Below the pieces are notes generated by a model. It saw only the letters and a list, made by a program, of their open reading frames with translations, ran no database searches and had not been told where the DNA came from. From IMG/VR virus record IMGVR_UViG_3300025707_000004: a DNA stretch of 64,000 nucleotides. One strand, written 5' to 3'. The stretch's first letter is position 1; every line of letters starts with the position of its first letter. Below are positions 18,183 to 28,358 of this stretch, one piece after another. This DNA is from a virus. A program made the translations under genes and the position numbers.

Positions 18183-19376
18183 CTACTTGTCTTCGTGGAT
18201 TGAGTCGTCGTCGTCCAGGATGAGCGAGTCCTGGGCCTCTGCGATGGTCTTCTCGTACAGCTCCTGATACAGCTCGGGCTCTTCTCGTAGTAGGTCAATC
18301 ACGCCCTCCAAGCCGCCCTCGATCTTGTCCTCGTAATCCAAGATGCGCCACCACCGTCCGGCCCGATGGATGGTGTCGAACGTCTTGGCGGCATTGGCCA
18401 GCTCGGTCACCATGTCGATGCCCTCGCCGTCCAGCCACACGTAGGTACCACTGAGCCCCTCATGGAGCCCGTGCTTCCCCTTGATGATGCGCCAGTGCAC
18501 CTGCTTGCCGACGCGGTTCTTGCCCTGCTTTACCTGGGCACCGCTCTTGAGGAGGATGTCGACAGCCTTGGCGTGCTTCAGTGCGAAGCCGGAGGTCATG
18601 TTGTCCGGGGGCACATACCCGGGCTTCACCCTGCCACCGCTACCGCCAACGCCTGCAGCGCGAGCGGGGTTGAGGACAAAGAGCGTGGTGGCGTTCGGAC
18701 TACCGTCTTCCAGCGGTATCCGGAGAATGGTGTACATCCGCTGGCAGAAGCGGGTGACGAGGCTGGCCCAAGCGGCGACCTTCACGGTCTCCTCCAGGCC
18801 CTTCACGACGACGTCCTTCGTTTCACCGGAGCCGAACTCGTCAACGACACCCAGCTGGAACATCCCCGACTCCACCAACGACGCCGCTGCGGCGAAGATT
18901 GTCTCTGCAGGAGCTTCCGCGGCGATGTTGACCAAGCCCAGGTCGAGGAAGAACACCTCCCCGATAGTCTCCCCACGGACCGCAGCAGGCACGTCCTCCA
19001 GGGTGTACCCGGCCTCAAGGACCTCCTGGTCACTGAGAGCCAGCCGCATCCCGCACATGCGCATGTAGTTCAGGTCCGGCTTGTACCCGAACGACGCAAC
19101 GAAGATGGCGGACTCCGCACCGTAGACGCGCTGGTTCTCGGCGCAATAATGGAAGCTGAGCCCGGTCTTGCTGACTCCGTCCCTGCCATGGAGCTGGACG
19201 ATGGAACCCCCAGGCATCCCGCCGTCTGTCCCGATGTCCAGGTTGAGGACACCGCTGGGCCGACGAAGGTGGAAAGGAGCAGTGACGTCCTCTACATCCT
19301 GGATGCGGACGGCCCCCTTCATGTCTTTCTCGATCTTCGCTCGGAGCTTGTCGAACTTGCTTCTACCCTTCGCCAC
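18183..19376 (-). CDS. recA: RecA/UvsX-like recombinase
   Basis: PSGVLNLDIGT.GGMPGG, Walker A GRDGVSKT, GVVDE, SGFALKH motifs. Confidence 0.8.
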   Translation of the reverse strand: MAKGRSKFDKLRAKIEKDMKGAVRIQDVEDVTAPFHLRRPSGVLNLDIGTDGGMPGGSIVQLHGRDGVSKTGLSFHYCAENQRVYGAESAIFVASFGYKPDLNYMRMCGMRLALSDQEVLEAGYTLEDVPAAVRGETIGEVFFLDLGLVNIAAEAPAETIFAAAASLVESGMFQLGVVDEFGSGETKDVVVKGLEETVKVAAWASLVTRFCQRMYTILRIPLEDGSPNATTLFVLNPARAAGVGGSGGRVKPGYVPPDNMTSGFALKHAKAVDILLKSGAQVKQGKNRVGKQVHWRIIKGKHGLHEGLSGTYVWLDGEGIDMVTELANAAKTFDTIHRAGRWWRILDYEDKIEGGLEGVIDLLREEPELYQELYEKTIAEAQDSLILDDDDSIHEDK

Positions 19377-19378
19377 AC

Positions 19379-19774
19379 TTAACCCCTTATGATTTTGGTG
19401 CGGACCCGTCGCCGCTTCCGTCGCTCACGCCGCTTCAACACCATGTCCGCCCTACGCTTGATGGCGTCATGCCCAATGAGGACCTGCCGACCGTCCGCCT
19501 GGACCTCTATGACTGCTTCGACTCCCTCCTCCTGGAGTAACCGCCCGATGAGGTAATGCCCCTGCTTGGACCGCGCCCCGTCTTCCGTGGTCGGGGTGAC
19601 CGTCACAATCGACCCGTTGAACTTCTCGCTGTACTCCATCTTGTCGAGGCGGATACCGCTCAGGTCAGGACGGTCGTTCGGCGCACCCCAACCACCCAAC
19701 CAGATGCAGTCCATCGTCTCGCAGACGGTGCAAGGGGTGCACCCACGGGTTTTCCGCTCAGCTGCCGTCTCCAT
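19379..19774 (-). CDS. Hypothetical protein with N-terminal Cys cluster
   Basis: Start adjusted to METAAE; operonic. Confidence 0.5.
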   Translation of the reverse strand: METAAERKTRGCTPCTVCETMDCIWLGGWGAPNDRPDLSGIRLDKMEYSEKFNGSIVTVTPTTEDGARSKQGHYLIGRLLQEEGVEAVIEVQADGRQVLIGHDAIKRRADMVLKRRERRKRRRVRTKIIRG

Positions 19775-20018
19775 CCTCGTCGTCCTTCTTCTTGTCATCG
19801 TCGATGAGCTTGTCGGCCTCACCGCTCGCGACCTTCTCCAGGCCCTCAGACGTGTCCTTCGCCAGCTTCCGCCGGACCAGCTCTTCCGCCTTCTCGGTGT
19901 CGACCCCGTACTTTTCCATAGTCATCGAATGCTCCTTCCCGGGTGCGCGGCCCCGTGTGGTGGTGACAGGAATGTGCCGTCCGCCAATCTCCAGAATCCG
20001 CAGGTTGTTCTCGGTCAC
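19758..20018 (-). CDS. Small hypothetical protein
   Basis: Codon bias; operonic. Confidence 0.55.
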   Translation of the reverse strand: MTENNLRILEIGGRHIPVTTTRGRAPGKEHSMTMEKYGVDTEKAEELVRRKLAKDTSEGLEKVASGEADKLIDDDKKKDDEDGDGS

Positions 20019-20019
20019 A

Positions 20020-20604
20020 CTAGATATCCTCGTGCATCGTCTCGTCCAGGGACGGCCTACGCGGAAGTAGGGCGTCAGTAAATCTCTTCACGGCGTGAGC
20101 CATACGGGGGTTGCCTGTGGACATGCGGATTGCCTCGGGGAGTCTGAGCCCGAGGAATTTGACGTCTTCGATGATGCGCATGTCGCCGTTGGTGGTCACC
20201 GTGTAGTTGAAGCTCGTCGGAAGGAGCAGCAAGCCCTCCAGCTCAGTGGGGTGCGCTGCATCCGTTGGGCCGATGCTGAAGGGCGCCCCACCAGCCCAGC
20301 CGTCCGACTCCATCTCCGCCGCTTCTGCCTTCTCTCCGATTTCGCGGAACCACTTGATGTCGGCTTTGAGCCCACGAACCCATCTCTCAGAGATCATGAG
20401 CCGCTGGATACGCAGCTCTGTGTCGGGCTTCGTGTGGGCGGGGTGTTGCATGAATCCCCCCGTACCCAGGCCCCAGATGGGGTCGGGGTAGCGCTGGTTT
20501 AGCGCAAGCTCCGCGAGCACACCCACCTTCCGCCCCTTGTAGTCGAGCAGGGTGAGTGCCGGCGGCGCGGTAAAGGGCTCCTTCGGGTAGTCAGACGTCC
20601 TCAT
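20020..20604 (-). CDS. Hypothetical protein
   Basis: GGAGG RBS before MRTSDYP. Confidence 0.55.
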   Translation of the reverse strand: MRTSDYPKEPFTAPPALTLLDYKGRKVGVLAELALNQRYPDPIWGLGTGGFMQHPAHTKPDTELRIQRLMISERWVRGLKADIKWFREIGEKAEAAEMESDGWAGGAPFSIGPTDAAHPTELEGLLLLPTSFNYTVTTNGDMRIIEDVKFLGLRLPEAIRMSTGNPRMAHAVKRFTDALLPRRPSLDETMHEDI

Positions 20605-20833
20605 GTACCCCCTCCAGGTCCACAAGCTCTTCCGGCGGGAGTTCCGTTACAGGGAAAATCTGCCGGGCGTAGCTGGGGCGGTTGAGCATGCCGGTTAGCA
20701 GGGACGCGGTCAGCTCACAGAGGCTCCGGTGAAGCTCCTCTTTTCCAGGGGTAACCTCCCGCTCGCAAAGGCTGCAGGTGGTAGGCACCACTCGACAGCC
20801 CATCGAGTATGGCGGGTCGGGCAAGTCACTCAT
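20591..20833 (-). CDS. Small Zn-finger-like protein
   Basis: CSLC...H...C motif. Confidence 0.5.
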   Translation of the reverse strand: MSDLPDPPYSMGCRVVPTTCSLCEREVTPGKEELHRSLCELTASLLTGMLNRPSYARQIFPVTELPPEELVDLEGVHEDV

Positions 20834-21131
20834 CGATGTGCTCCTCGTTGCGGACTTGGTCGACCATCATCGCGAGTTCGCGCATGAAGGCGGGGTCAGC
20901 CCTCATCATGTCGAGGACAAGCGGAAGACAGACGTGGGCGCTGCCAACCTCAGAGACGTACCCGCAAGTCGGGCAGACTGTGCCTATCCGTCCAACCCCC
21001 GGTCCTATCGTGTGGAGCGGGGATATCTGTCCCCTAGCCTCGGAGGTCCCCGTGCCATTGCACGCAGGGCAGACGGGATTTGTCGGGACGCTCCTAGCCC
21101 CATGGCAGATGTCACAAACTCGTCCCATCAT
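20826..21131 (-). CDS. Small Cys-rich (DnaJ-type Zn-ribbon-like) protein
   Basis: CDICHG, CPACNGTG and CPTCG motifs. Confidence 0.55.
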   Translation of the reverse strand: MMGRVCDICHGARSVPTNPVCPACNGTGTSEARGQISPLHTIGPGVGRIGTVCPTCGYVSEVGSAHVCLPLVLDMMRADPAFMRELAMMVDQVRNEEHIDE

Positions 21132-21141
21132 GGGCGGCTCC

Positions 21142-23940
21142 TTACTTGCACCCAGCCCAGTCGGCCGCGTCTTTTCCGGTGGTGTCTAGGGGGACCAGCA
21201 GGTCATATGGCAACGAGTGTTCCATATGGTGCTGGAGGCGTCCAACAAAACGGGGATTACGAGCCGCGGAGATTGGGGCCTCCCCGACGATTTCATCGTG
21301 GACCTGTAGGAGCATGCGGTAGCCCATCTCGTAGAGCCAGTCATCCTCGTAGGTCTTAATCATGGCCATCTTGGTGACGTCCGCCGCGGTCCCCTGGATG
21401 GGAGTGTTCTTGGCGCGGCGTTCCGCCTGGGCGATATCCCCGCGTAGGTGGGACCAGATGCCCGGGATTTGCCGCCGCCGACCGAGAATGGTGGTGACTA
21501 CCCCGGACTCTTCGGCTAAACCAATGACCCGACGAAGGTGGTCCTGCACCCCGGGCATCTGCTGGAAGTACGTGCGGATGTAGTCCTTGGCGACCTCCAC
21601 CTTGACCCGCAGCTCTCGGCTGAGCTTCTGCGGACCCATGCCGTAAATCAGGCCGAAGTTGATGGCCTTGGCCGCCTTCCGGGCCGTGAGGCACTCTATC
21701 TCTCGGGGACTCAGCGGCTCGTACGGGTGCCCGGCCTTTTTCAGTTCGTCGATCTCGTCGTCCCGTGCCCGAGCTGCCATGATTTCGTCGTAAGGCAGCT
21801 TGAACATGAGCGCGGCGCAGGAGCAGTGGACATCCTGCCCACTACGGATAGCCTGGATGAGATTGGGCTCCTGGCTGAAGTGCGCGACGATGCGCATCTC
21901 CAGTTGGCTGTTCTTTACGAAGACCCCTGCAGCCAGCGCGTAGTTTCTGTGCGGCGCTACTCCGATGCTCCACACCTGCTGGTTTACTTGCAGCTGCCGG
22001 ACAGCTACGACCTTGTGGTTTCCTCCCTGTCTTTTGTGGTCGAAGTAACAGGTACGGGAGCAGTACTTCTTCTTCGTAGAAGCGAATGTCTCTATCGGTT
22101 GGTCACAGAACAGGCAGGCGGTGTACACCCGCCCCCTACGGTCGCCATGACGGGGATTGTTTTTCCCGTTGTAGCCCCCACGGTCGGCGATGCTCTGACG
22201 GATACCCGACTGCATGGCTGCACGCGTCTCAGGGTCCCGCCATTGACGCGTACAAGACTCCTTCGCGTGCTCGGAGAGGTGCAGGCGGGCGTCCAGGTAC
22301 TCCAGGTTATCGGGGTGGTTGTTTAGGCTGTCTCCGTCCTTGTGGTGCGTGTGGTAGCCCTCAGGGCGGGCGCCCATCGCCCAGGCCGCTACCTCTGTGT
22401 GCGTCTTGGAATAAACGACCGCTTGATGGGCGTAGAGATGCTCGTAATTTCGGTTCGTCCCCCCGTACGCCCTCCGCAGAGGAAGCAGGCGCATTCCAGG
22501 GATTAGGTCCTGCGCCTCTACGCCAATGGGGTCTGCCACGTACTTCTCAGGACAAACCATGAACTTGTGCTCGCCCGTGCAGACAATCCGCTCTCCGTTG
22601 TCCAGCTCAATCTCAACGACGGGCTCAACGCCGACAGCGTGGTGCTCATCTACGGTACCTACTACAGGAACCCGCCTGTCAGGGTCGTAGGAGAAGACAG
22701 GGTCCCCCACCTGCAAAGATTCAATCGGCCGAGGGCCGAGCGGGGTGTCAACCAGGGTGCCGGTTGCGAAGCAGTAATCCCTAGCAATTAGTACTTTTTC
22801 TTCGCCCGCGATGTAGGCGAAGCGGATGTACCCAGGTTGATTTTGTAAATTCGGATCCGCGCTCGATAGGCGGCCGGTACGAGCACCAGCTTGCTTGTAC
22901 GTGGTGTGGATGCGCCCGCGGTGCTCCAACTTGAGCAGCCCACGCACGTAGGTGGCTTGCTTCTTCTTCAGGTCGCGGTAGGCGAGCAACTTGTCCGCGT
23001 AGACACAACCATCAGAAGCGATGCGCGACAACCACTTCTGCGGGAGCTGTGGGGCACCTTTCTCGGTGTACGAGGGGGGGTTGTACCCCAGGTCCCCAAA
23101 GAACAGCTCAATCATCTGCGGGTTTGAGTTGAGGTTGATGCCCACCTTCTTGGTCTTCTTCACGAACCACCGCATGAGGGCAATCATCTTGCGGTCGAGT
23201 TCAGGCGCGATTGCGATGAGCCGGTGCTTGTCCAGCCCGATGCCGTTGCTCTCGCACTCGAAGAGGACCCGGGTGAAGGGGACCTCGGTGTGCCGGAAGT
23301 AGTCCCACAGGGTGGGGTACTCCTCGACACCAGTATTAGTCGCTAATAGTTTCTTCTGGAGCGCGACTGCCAGGGCGAAGGTTGAGTAGGCGTCGAGCCC
23401 CGCGTAGTTCGCCACGACAGGCTCATTGGCGGGGTCCAGGAATATCTCGTGCAGCTTCCGGGTGCGCATCTGCGCGCCGAAGGTGGCCTTGAAGTCCACC
23501 ATAACGATGCCGAGCATCTCCTTGGCTGCGTACTTCAGTGTGTGCGGCCGGTCGTCGTAATCCAGCGCGTGCATAATCATGGCGTCGAAGACGCGGTAGG
23601 TCGTGCGGTCGCAGTTGCGGTAGATGTCGATGCCGGCGTTCCGCAGCATCCAGGTGTCGAAGTTGGCGTTCCACATGAGCAGCTGTAGCTCAGGGTCTTC
23701 TAGGTACTCCGTGAAGTAGGAGAACGCCTCGGGCCATATCGCGTAGCGGTTCGGCCCGGTAGAAAGGCTCATGATGAGCGCGTAGTCGCGTTGCCGGCTC
23801 AAGCCGGTGGTCTCAGTGTCAATCGCGACTACGCGAGAGCGCTTGCCGCCCTTCCCAATGCGCAGCTGGGCGAGGGCGACTTCGGCCTCCTGCCGCGTCT
23901 TGATGAGCATGGTAGGAGGAAGGACGGCGAACTTACCCAA
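21142..23940 (-). CDS. polA: Family A DNA polymerase with 3'-5' exonuclease, intein-containing
   Basis: IDTETTG, TGRLSS.DPNLQN, DY|SQLEMR, RKAAKAINFGLIYG, NTPIQGTAAD and VHDEI motifs. Confidence 0.95.
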   Translation of the reverse strand: MGKFAVLPPTMLIKTRQEAEVALAQLRIGKGGKRSRVVAIDTETTGLSRQRDYALIMSLSTGPNRYAIWPEAFSYFTEYLEDPELQLLMWNANFDTWMLRNAGIDIYRNCDRTTYRVFDAMIMHALDYDDRPHTLKYAAKEMLGIVMVDFKATFGAQMRTRKLHEIFLDPANEPVVANYAGLDAYSTFALAVALQKKLLATNTGVEEYPTLWDYFRHTEVPFTRVLFECESNGIGLDKHRLIAIAPELDRKMIALMRWFVKKTKKVGINLNSNPQMIELFFGDLGYNPPSYTEKGAPQLPQKWLSRIASDGCVYADKLLAYRDLKKKQATYVRGLLKLEHRGRIHTTYKQAGARTGRLSSADPNLQNQPGYIRFAYIAGEEKVLIARDYCFATGTLVDTPLGPRPIESLQVGDPVFSYDPDRRVPVVGTVDEHHAVGVEPVVEIELDNGERIVCTGEHKFMVCPEKYVADPIGVEAQDLIPGMRLLPLRRAYGGTNRNYEHLYAHQAVVYSKTHTEVAAWAMGARPEGYHTHHKDGDSLNNHPDNLEYLDARLHLSEHAKESCTRQWRDPETRAAMQSGIRQSIADRGGYNGKNNPRHGDRRGRVYTACLFCDQPIETFASTKKKYCSRTCYFDHKRQGGNHKVVAVRQLQVNQQVWSIGVAPHRNYALAAGVFVKNSQLEMRIVAHFSQEPNLIQAIRSGQDVHCSCAALMFKLPYDEIMAARARDDEIDELKKAGHPYEPLSPREIECLTARKAAKAINFGLIYGMGPQKLSRELRVKVEVAKDYIRTYFQQMPGVQDHLRRVIGLAEESGVVTTILGRRRQIPGIWSHLRGDIAQAERRAKNTPIQGTAADVTKMAMIKTYEDDWLYEMGYRMLLQVHDEIVGEAPISAARNPRFVGRLQHHMEHSLPYDLLVPLDTTGKDAADWAGCK
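21910..22773 (-). mobile_element. Intein (288 aa) with HNH endonuclease, in PolA motif A
   Basis: Begins CFATGTLV; block B CTGEHKF; HHKDGDSLNNHPDNL; ends VFVKN|S; removal restores DYSQLEMR. Confidence 0.9.
23334..23348. repeat. Palindrome copy 6, TATTAGTCGCTAATA
   Basis: Inside polA; encodes LLATN. Confidence 0.95.
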
Positions 23941-23952
23941 GGGGTACTCCGG

Positions 23953-25194
23953 TCAGTAGGGGGTCGGGTCGTCGATGTCGGGCATGTCGCCGTCTTCGAT
24001 GGGGATGGAGTCCGCGTCTTCGACGTCAGCATCGGCCGCGAAGAAGCGGTCGAGCACCTGCTGTGCGTCGTCGAGGTCGAACGGGGTGGAATCCAGGTTG
24101 AGCGCGAACTTCTGGCTCTTGAGGTCGATGCGCCCCAGAAGCTCTTCCATGTCCAGCTCCCGCAGTGCCGCGGGGATGCCAGTCAGCTCGGGCAGGTCGC
24201 CGTCCTCGATGAACTCAAACCCCTCGATGGCGTAGGAGTCCGACCGCCCTGCCTTGGTGGTCTTGATGAGGTAGGTGTAGGCCCACGGGTTCTCGTAGAT
24301 GGGCTCGTCGCAGCCAGCCACCCACTTGCGGTTCTTCCCGTACCCCTTCCGGTGGAGGCAGCGGAACAGCGGAGTCGGCCAATCCTCTTCCTTGCACTTG
24401 GGGCACTTGACCTCATTCTCCTCCCACGCCTTCGCCTCGTGCTCCGTGTACTCCGGGCCGTTCTTCTTGTGCCCGAAGACGTGGTCACACGCCTCGTTGG
24501 AGCAGACGTAGCCGTAGACGTTGATGGTGCCTTCCTGGCACCCAGCGCAGGCGTCGCCCTTGGTCTCGATCATCTCCTCGAACTGCTTCTTCGAGCGGTC
24601 GAAGAAGAGGACGAAGACCTTCCGGCCGAAGACCGTCTCGCCTTCATCGTCGCAGCGCTTGCAGAGGCTCTTGCCGTCTTCGTCTACGCCCTCGCAGCGG
24701 TGCCAGTTCTCGTAGAACCGGCCCTGCTTCTTCATGGGGACCTGCTCGACGTGGAAGTCTTCGAGAAGCTCGACCTCCAGGGCGTACATGTCGTCCGCGA
24801 AGAAGCGCTGCTTCTCCTCCTCGTCGCCCTCGCTGACGCAGGCGTACCAGAGCAGACAGGGGACGGGCTTCTGGTTGTTCCACGAGTTGGAGATGACGAA
24901 GCGGTTACGCTTGCCGTCCCACACCCACTTCCCCATCAGGTGGGTCCAGGGGCCATCCTCCTGCATGACGAAGCGCATGCGGATGGGGTCGTACTCGATG
25001 GCGGCTACATTTGGGTGCCGCTGACCAGCCCCGGGGTCAGCCTGCGGACGCCAACGCAAGTCCTGACGCAGTCGCCAGATGGGCGGGGTTCCTTGACGCT
25101 TGTTCACGGTGGCCTTAGCGGCCTGCTGTGCATCCTTGTTGGACGCGCTCCAATCGGCCCACGTACTCATGGACGGGACTCCTTCCTTACTCAT
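23953..25194 (-). CDS. Putative ssDNA-binding protein with Zn ribbons
   Basis: Between primase and polymerase; strongly acidic C-terminal tail; several CxxC pairs. Confidence 0.45.
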   Translation of the reverse strand: MSKEGVPSMSTWADWSASNKDAQQAAKATVNKRQGTPPIWRLRQDLRWRPQADPGAGQRHPNVAAIEYDPIRMRFVMQEDGPWTHLMGKWVWDGKRNRFVISNSWNNQKPVPCLLWYACVSEGDEEEKQRFFADDMYALEVELLEDFHVEQVPMKKQGRFYENWHRCEGVDEDGKSLCKRCDDEGETVFGRKVFVLFFDRSKKQFEEMIETKGDACAGCQEGTINVYGYVCSNEACDHVFGHKKNGPEYTEHEAKAWEENEVKCPKCKEEDWPTPLFRCLHRKGYGKNRKWVAGCDEPIYENPWAYTYLIKTTKAGRSDSYAIEGFEFIEDGDLPELTGIPAALRELDMEELLGRIDLKSQKFALNLDSTPFDLDDAQQVLDRFFAADADVEDADSIPIEDGDMPDIDDPTPY

Positions 25195-26206
25195 TGTATT
25201 TCTTCAGCGGAGGCCGCTCGACGTCATGGAAGTTTCTCCATTGGCGCAGAGTGAGACTCGTATCGATGGCTTGGTTCACTCGTTCGATGCTCAGGTCGTC
25301 CGGGCTGATTTCGTCCCGGGTGCCGTAGTTCCCAAACTCCAGTTCAAGCCCCTGGCGGACGAGCCGCTCGGCTTGCTTGTTGACTGCGGTGATGCCAGGG
25401 ATGTCATTGTCAAGCAGTAGTATTATCCTGCTTGATATACATTGCAAGAGGAAAAGCTGCTCTTTTGTGACCCACGTCCCCATCAACGCGACGGAGTGCG
25501 GGAACCCAGCTTGCTCGACCCACATCTTGGCTTTGAACCCCTCACATAGGATGAGGGGAGGCAGGTCTTTTCCCGCCGTGAGGCGGGTCATCCAGAACTT
25601 GTCGAGCCCCCATAACACCTTCCCTTTCGGGGGGTCGTATTTCTGCCCGATGCCAAAGTCTTTCCCTGTGTAGACCTTGTAGCGCATGGGGTCCCACTCA
25701 CGGACCGCCCGGCCCGACAGGGCAACGAACTGGCCATGGTGGTTTCGGATGGGAAACGTGATGCGCTTCTTCATCCGGTCGAACCCGAGGTCGTGGAGCT
25801 GGATGGTCTCTCGGGTGAAGCCGTCGTCGAGCAGGGCCTTGGGGATGAACTCGTACGCCCCAAGCAGCGCTTCGGGCAGGGTGTCCATCTCCAGGTCGAC
25901 TAGGTTTCCAGGGTCGCGCTTGGGTTTCGGGAGCTGCCCCAGGTGGTCACGGACCTGCTTGACGATGCTGCTCGGCGCCTCAACTGCACTGAGGAGGCCC
26001 GGGAGGGACCAGCCTTCGTTGCACTTGAAGCAGAACGCCGCCCCAGGGAACTTGGTATCAGTGGGCGGCCCCACGTAGATGTAGAGCGTTGGGCGGCTAC
26101 TCCGCTCGTGGAACGGGCAGTAGGCAGGAAGGTCGTGGGCACCTTCGCCGTAGTGCCCAAAGCGCATGTATGGCCGCAGCAGCTCAACGGTGTCGAACAG
26201 CAGCAT
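25187..26206 (-). CDS. dnaG: DnaG-type primase
   Basis: CPFH...CFKC Zn finger, RITFPI..SGR, TOPRIM LCEGF and LDND. Confidence 0.9.
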   Translation of the reverse strand: MLLFDTVELLRPYMRFGHYGEGAHDLPAYCPFHERSSRPTLYIYVGPPTDTKFPGAAFCFKCNEGWSLPGLLSAVEAPSSIVKQVRDHLGQLPKPKRDPGNLVDLEMDTLPEALLGAYEFIPKALLDDGFTRETIQLHDLGFDRMKKRITFPIRNHHGQFVALSGRAVREWDPMRYKVYTGKDFGIGQKYDPPKGKVLWGLDKFWMTRLTAGKDLPPLILCEGFKAKMWVEQAGFPHSVALMGTWVTKEQLFLLQCISSRIILLLDNDIPGITAVNKQAERLVRQGLELEFGNYGTRDEISPDDLSIERVNQAIDTSLTLRQWRNFHDVERPPLKKYNE

Positions 26207-26208
26207 GG

Positions 26209-27627
26209 CTACGCCTCGGGTTCAGGCTCGGTGGGATTCAGGTCGAAGTCCGCGTCGGGGTTCAGGTACTGGTCTGCGAAGGAGGCCCCAGGTCGAATAT
26301 CCGGCAGGTCCTCTGGCGGGTCGGGCATCCCCTCTTCCTCGGCATCGCTGACCTCCTCGATACCGTAGAGATGGTCGTGCGCGTAGTCGAAGTTCTGGCA
26401 GAGCTTGGTGTGGATGGTACAGCCCGGCCAGTTGGTCTCTCGGCAGGCGGCCATCACCAGCGATGTCTCATCGCGAGTCGGATGGTTGACTACCCGGATG
26501 CCAACGTCAGCGTCCTGAATCATGTTGGAGAACATCGAGATGGAGGCCGTGCCGCGGCCCTTGTTCCCGTACTTCAGCGCGAGGCGCTCGTTCTCCTGCA
26601 TGATGGCGAGCATGGGAATGCCCGTGGACTTGCTGATTTGCTTCAGAGCGCGGGTAATTCCCGCGATGGCCCGCCAGTCGTACGCGTCTTTGACCCCCGG
26701 TAGCTCCAGCATGTAGCTGGAGTCCAGGAAGACGAAGTGCGGCTTGTACGTCTGGATCTTGGCCCGGAGTTCTGCGGGGCCACCAGCGGACCCATCCGGC
26801 CTGTCGCAGCTCGTGAAGATGAGTTCACCGGGGTACTCAGCGCTGACCGTCTGCTCAATAGCCGCAAGCAGCCTGAAGCGCTCATCGGCACGCAGGGTGT
26901 TCTTCGTGAAGCCTGCGTATCCAATCATCGCTTTGATGCAGGCAATCCGGTCCCGAATCTTGTCCCACACCATCTCCTTGGAGTAGACGAGGACCCGGTA
27001 CCCGCACTCCATCAGGTAGTTCGCCATCACGAGACCTATCCAGGTCTTTTTCGACTTGGGCAGCGCCCACAAGAGCACAAGGTCTCCTGGCTGAAGTCCC
27101 CCGGTGTTCTCGTTCATGACCGCCCACGGGAAAGGAAGCCCCGTTAGGCCGGCGTTCTCATCTTTCGCTCCAAGGTTCTCCAGTAGGTCAGTGAACGCGC
27201 GCTCACGCCAGACGACGTCGTCCGACCTAATCTCGGTTTCGGTGAGTGTGTCGAGCTTGCTCTTGAGTTCCGTGAGCGCCTGGATGGGGTTGGCTTTGGC
27301 CTCGGCCTCCCAGTCAGCCACCAGCAAGGTGGTCTTACGGTGGATGTGGGAGGACTTGACGTAGTCTACAAGGGTCTCTAGCTCCTCTATGGGCGTAGGC
27401 AGCTCAAGGTTTTTGAACTGCTCCAAAGCCTTCTGGCGGGAAGGCACAGCCCCAAACCGTCGCCGGTTCGTATACACGCTGTGCATCCAGGCCCACACAG
27501 TGCTCGGGGCCATGGTGCCGAATAGCTCCAGCCTGATGCCATTCTCCAGCGCGTACGCCATCGCTTCCTTCCTGTCCTCGGCGGACAAGATGGCTGACAC
27601 CAGTTGAAGTTCCCAGTTTGCCGCCAC
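26209..27627 (-). CDS. dnaB: DnaB-like replicative helicase
   Basis: TGGLQPGDL, ALPKSKKT (divergent Walker A), YSKEM, FLDS, QDAD; GTG start after GGAG. Confidence 0.85.
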   Translation of the reverse strand: MAANWELQLVSAILSAEDRKEAMAYALENGIRLELFGTMAPSTVWAWMHSVYTNRRRFGAVPSRQKALEQFKNLELPTPIEELETLVDYVKSSHIHRKTTLLVADWEAEAKANPIQALTELKSKLDTLTETEIRSDDVVWRERAFTDLLENLGAKDENAGLTGLPFPWAVMNENTGGLQPGDLVLLWALPKSKKTWIGLVMANYLMECGYRVLVYSKEMVWDKIRDRIACIKAMIGYAGFTKNTLRADERFRLLAAIEQTVSAEYPGELIFTSCDRPDGSAGGPAELRAKIQTYKPHFVFLDSSYMLELPGVKDAYDWRAIAGITRALKQISKSTGIPMLAIMQENERLALKYGNKGRGTASISMFSNMIQDADVGIRVVNHPTRDETSLVMAACRETNWPGCTIHTKLCQNFDYAHDHLYGIEEVSDAEEEGMPDPPEDLPDIRPGASFADQYLNPDADFDLNPTEPEPEA

Positions 27628-27628
27628 G

Positions 27629-27913
27629 TCAGGTCTCCGGATTTCCCTTGGCGAGGATGCCCATGATGGTGGGGATGAGCTTGGAGACCAGCGCCTGGGC
27701 TTCATCCTCAACGAACTCCCCGACATCGCGAAGTTCCATCCGACCCAGCTCCCGCGGCTGCTCGCCTTCTTTGGTTTGTGTCAGGGCAACGAAGGCTGTG
27801 ATGTTGGGCTCCGCCAGCACCATGCCCCCACTTTGGAAGTCGAGGCTGACGCTGAGCAGGTGACACCCGTTGGCGATCACTTGCGGCATCTCGACAAGAG
27901 GCTCATCGGCCAT
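27629..27913 (-). CDS. Hypothetical protein
   Basis: Start adjusted to MADEPL; operonic. Confidence 0.55.
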   Translation of the reverse strand: MADEPLVEMPQVIANGCHLLSVSLDFQSGGMVLAEPNITAFVALTQTKEGEQPRELGRMELRDVGEFVEDEAQALVSKLIPTIMGILAKGNPET

Positions 27914-28358
27914 TGAATAGCTCCGGGAAAAGGGTTGTTCTGATTTGCTCGACGAGGTCCTCGTGAAACGGCTGCAGGTGTCGGAGGACTGCTCCCTTCG
28001 CGAGCTGGGCAGCGATGTCCTGCGTCTCACGGACCTCTTCGAGGGTGTACGCAGCCGGCGTGTAGAGTTCGACCTCTCCGGTTACTTCGAGGGTGTACGG
28101 GATTTTGTCCCACGCCCCCGGACCGTAGTGCGTCGCGCCGGAGGCCCTCCCCCGAGCACGCATGGTGGCCCCCACTGGATGCCAGCAGGGGGTGTTTGCG
28201 TGCTTCTCTGGCCGCGTTGGGGGGTCGGGCGCAGCTCGCTTCCTCATCTTCCTCACGGGCAGCTCCTCGGTCATGTGGTGCAGTAGGTCGGGTGGGTGGA
28301 AGACCGAGTCACCTATGTGAACCGGCCCCACCTTGAAGACAGCCTCTATGCGGAGCAC
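27903..28358 (-). CDS. Hypothetical protein
   Basis: Operonic; codon bias. Confidence 0.55.
   Translation of the reverse strand: MLRIEAVFKVGPVHIGDSVFHPPDLLHHMTEELPVRKMRKRAAPDPPTRPEKHANTPCWHPVGATMRARGRASGATHYGPGAWDKIPYTLEVTGEVELYTPAAYTLEEVRETQDIAAQLAKGAVLRHLQPFHEDLVEQIRTTLFPELFNGR

Noticed and set aside
26209-27726. DnaB as a pseudogene because of the odd Walker A (ALPKSKKT) and Ser-rich N-terminus
   Set aside because: The Ser-rich part is an upstream extension before the likely GTG start at 27627; the frame is intact and the catalytic KT and other motifs are retained.
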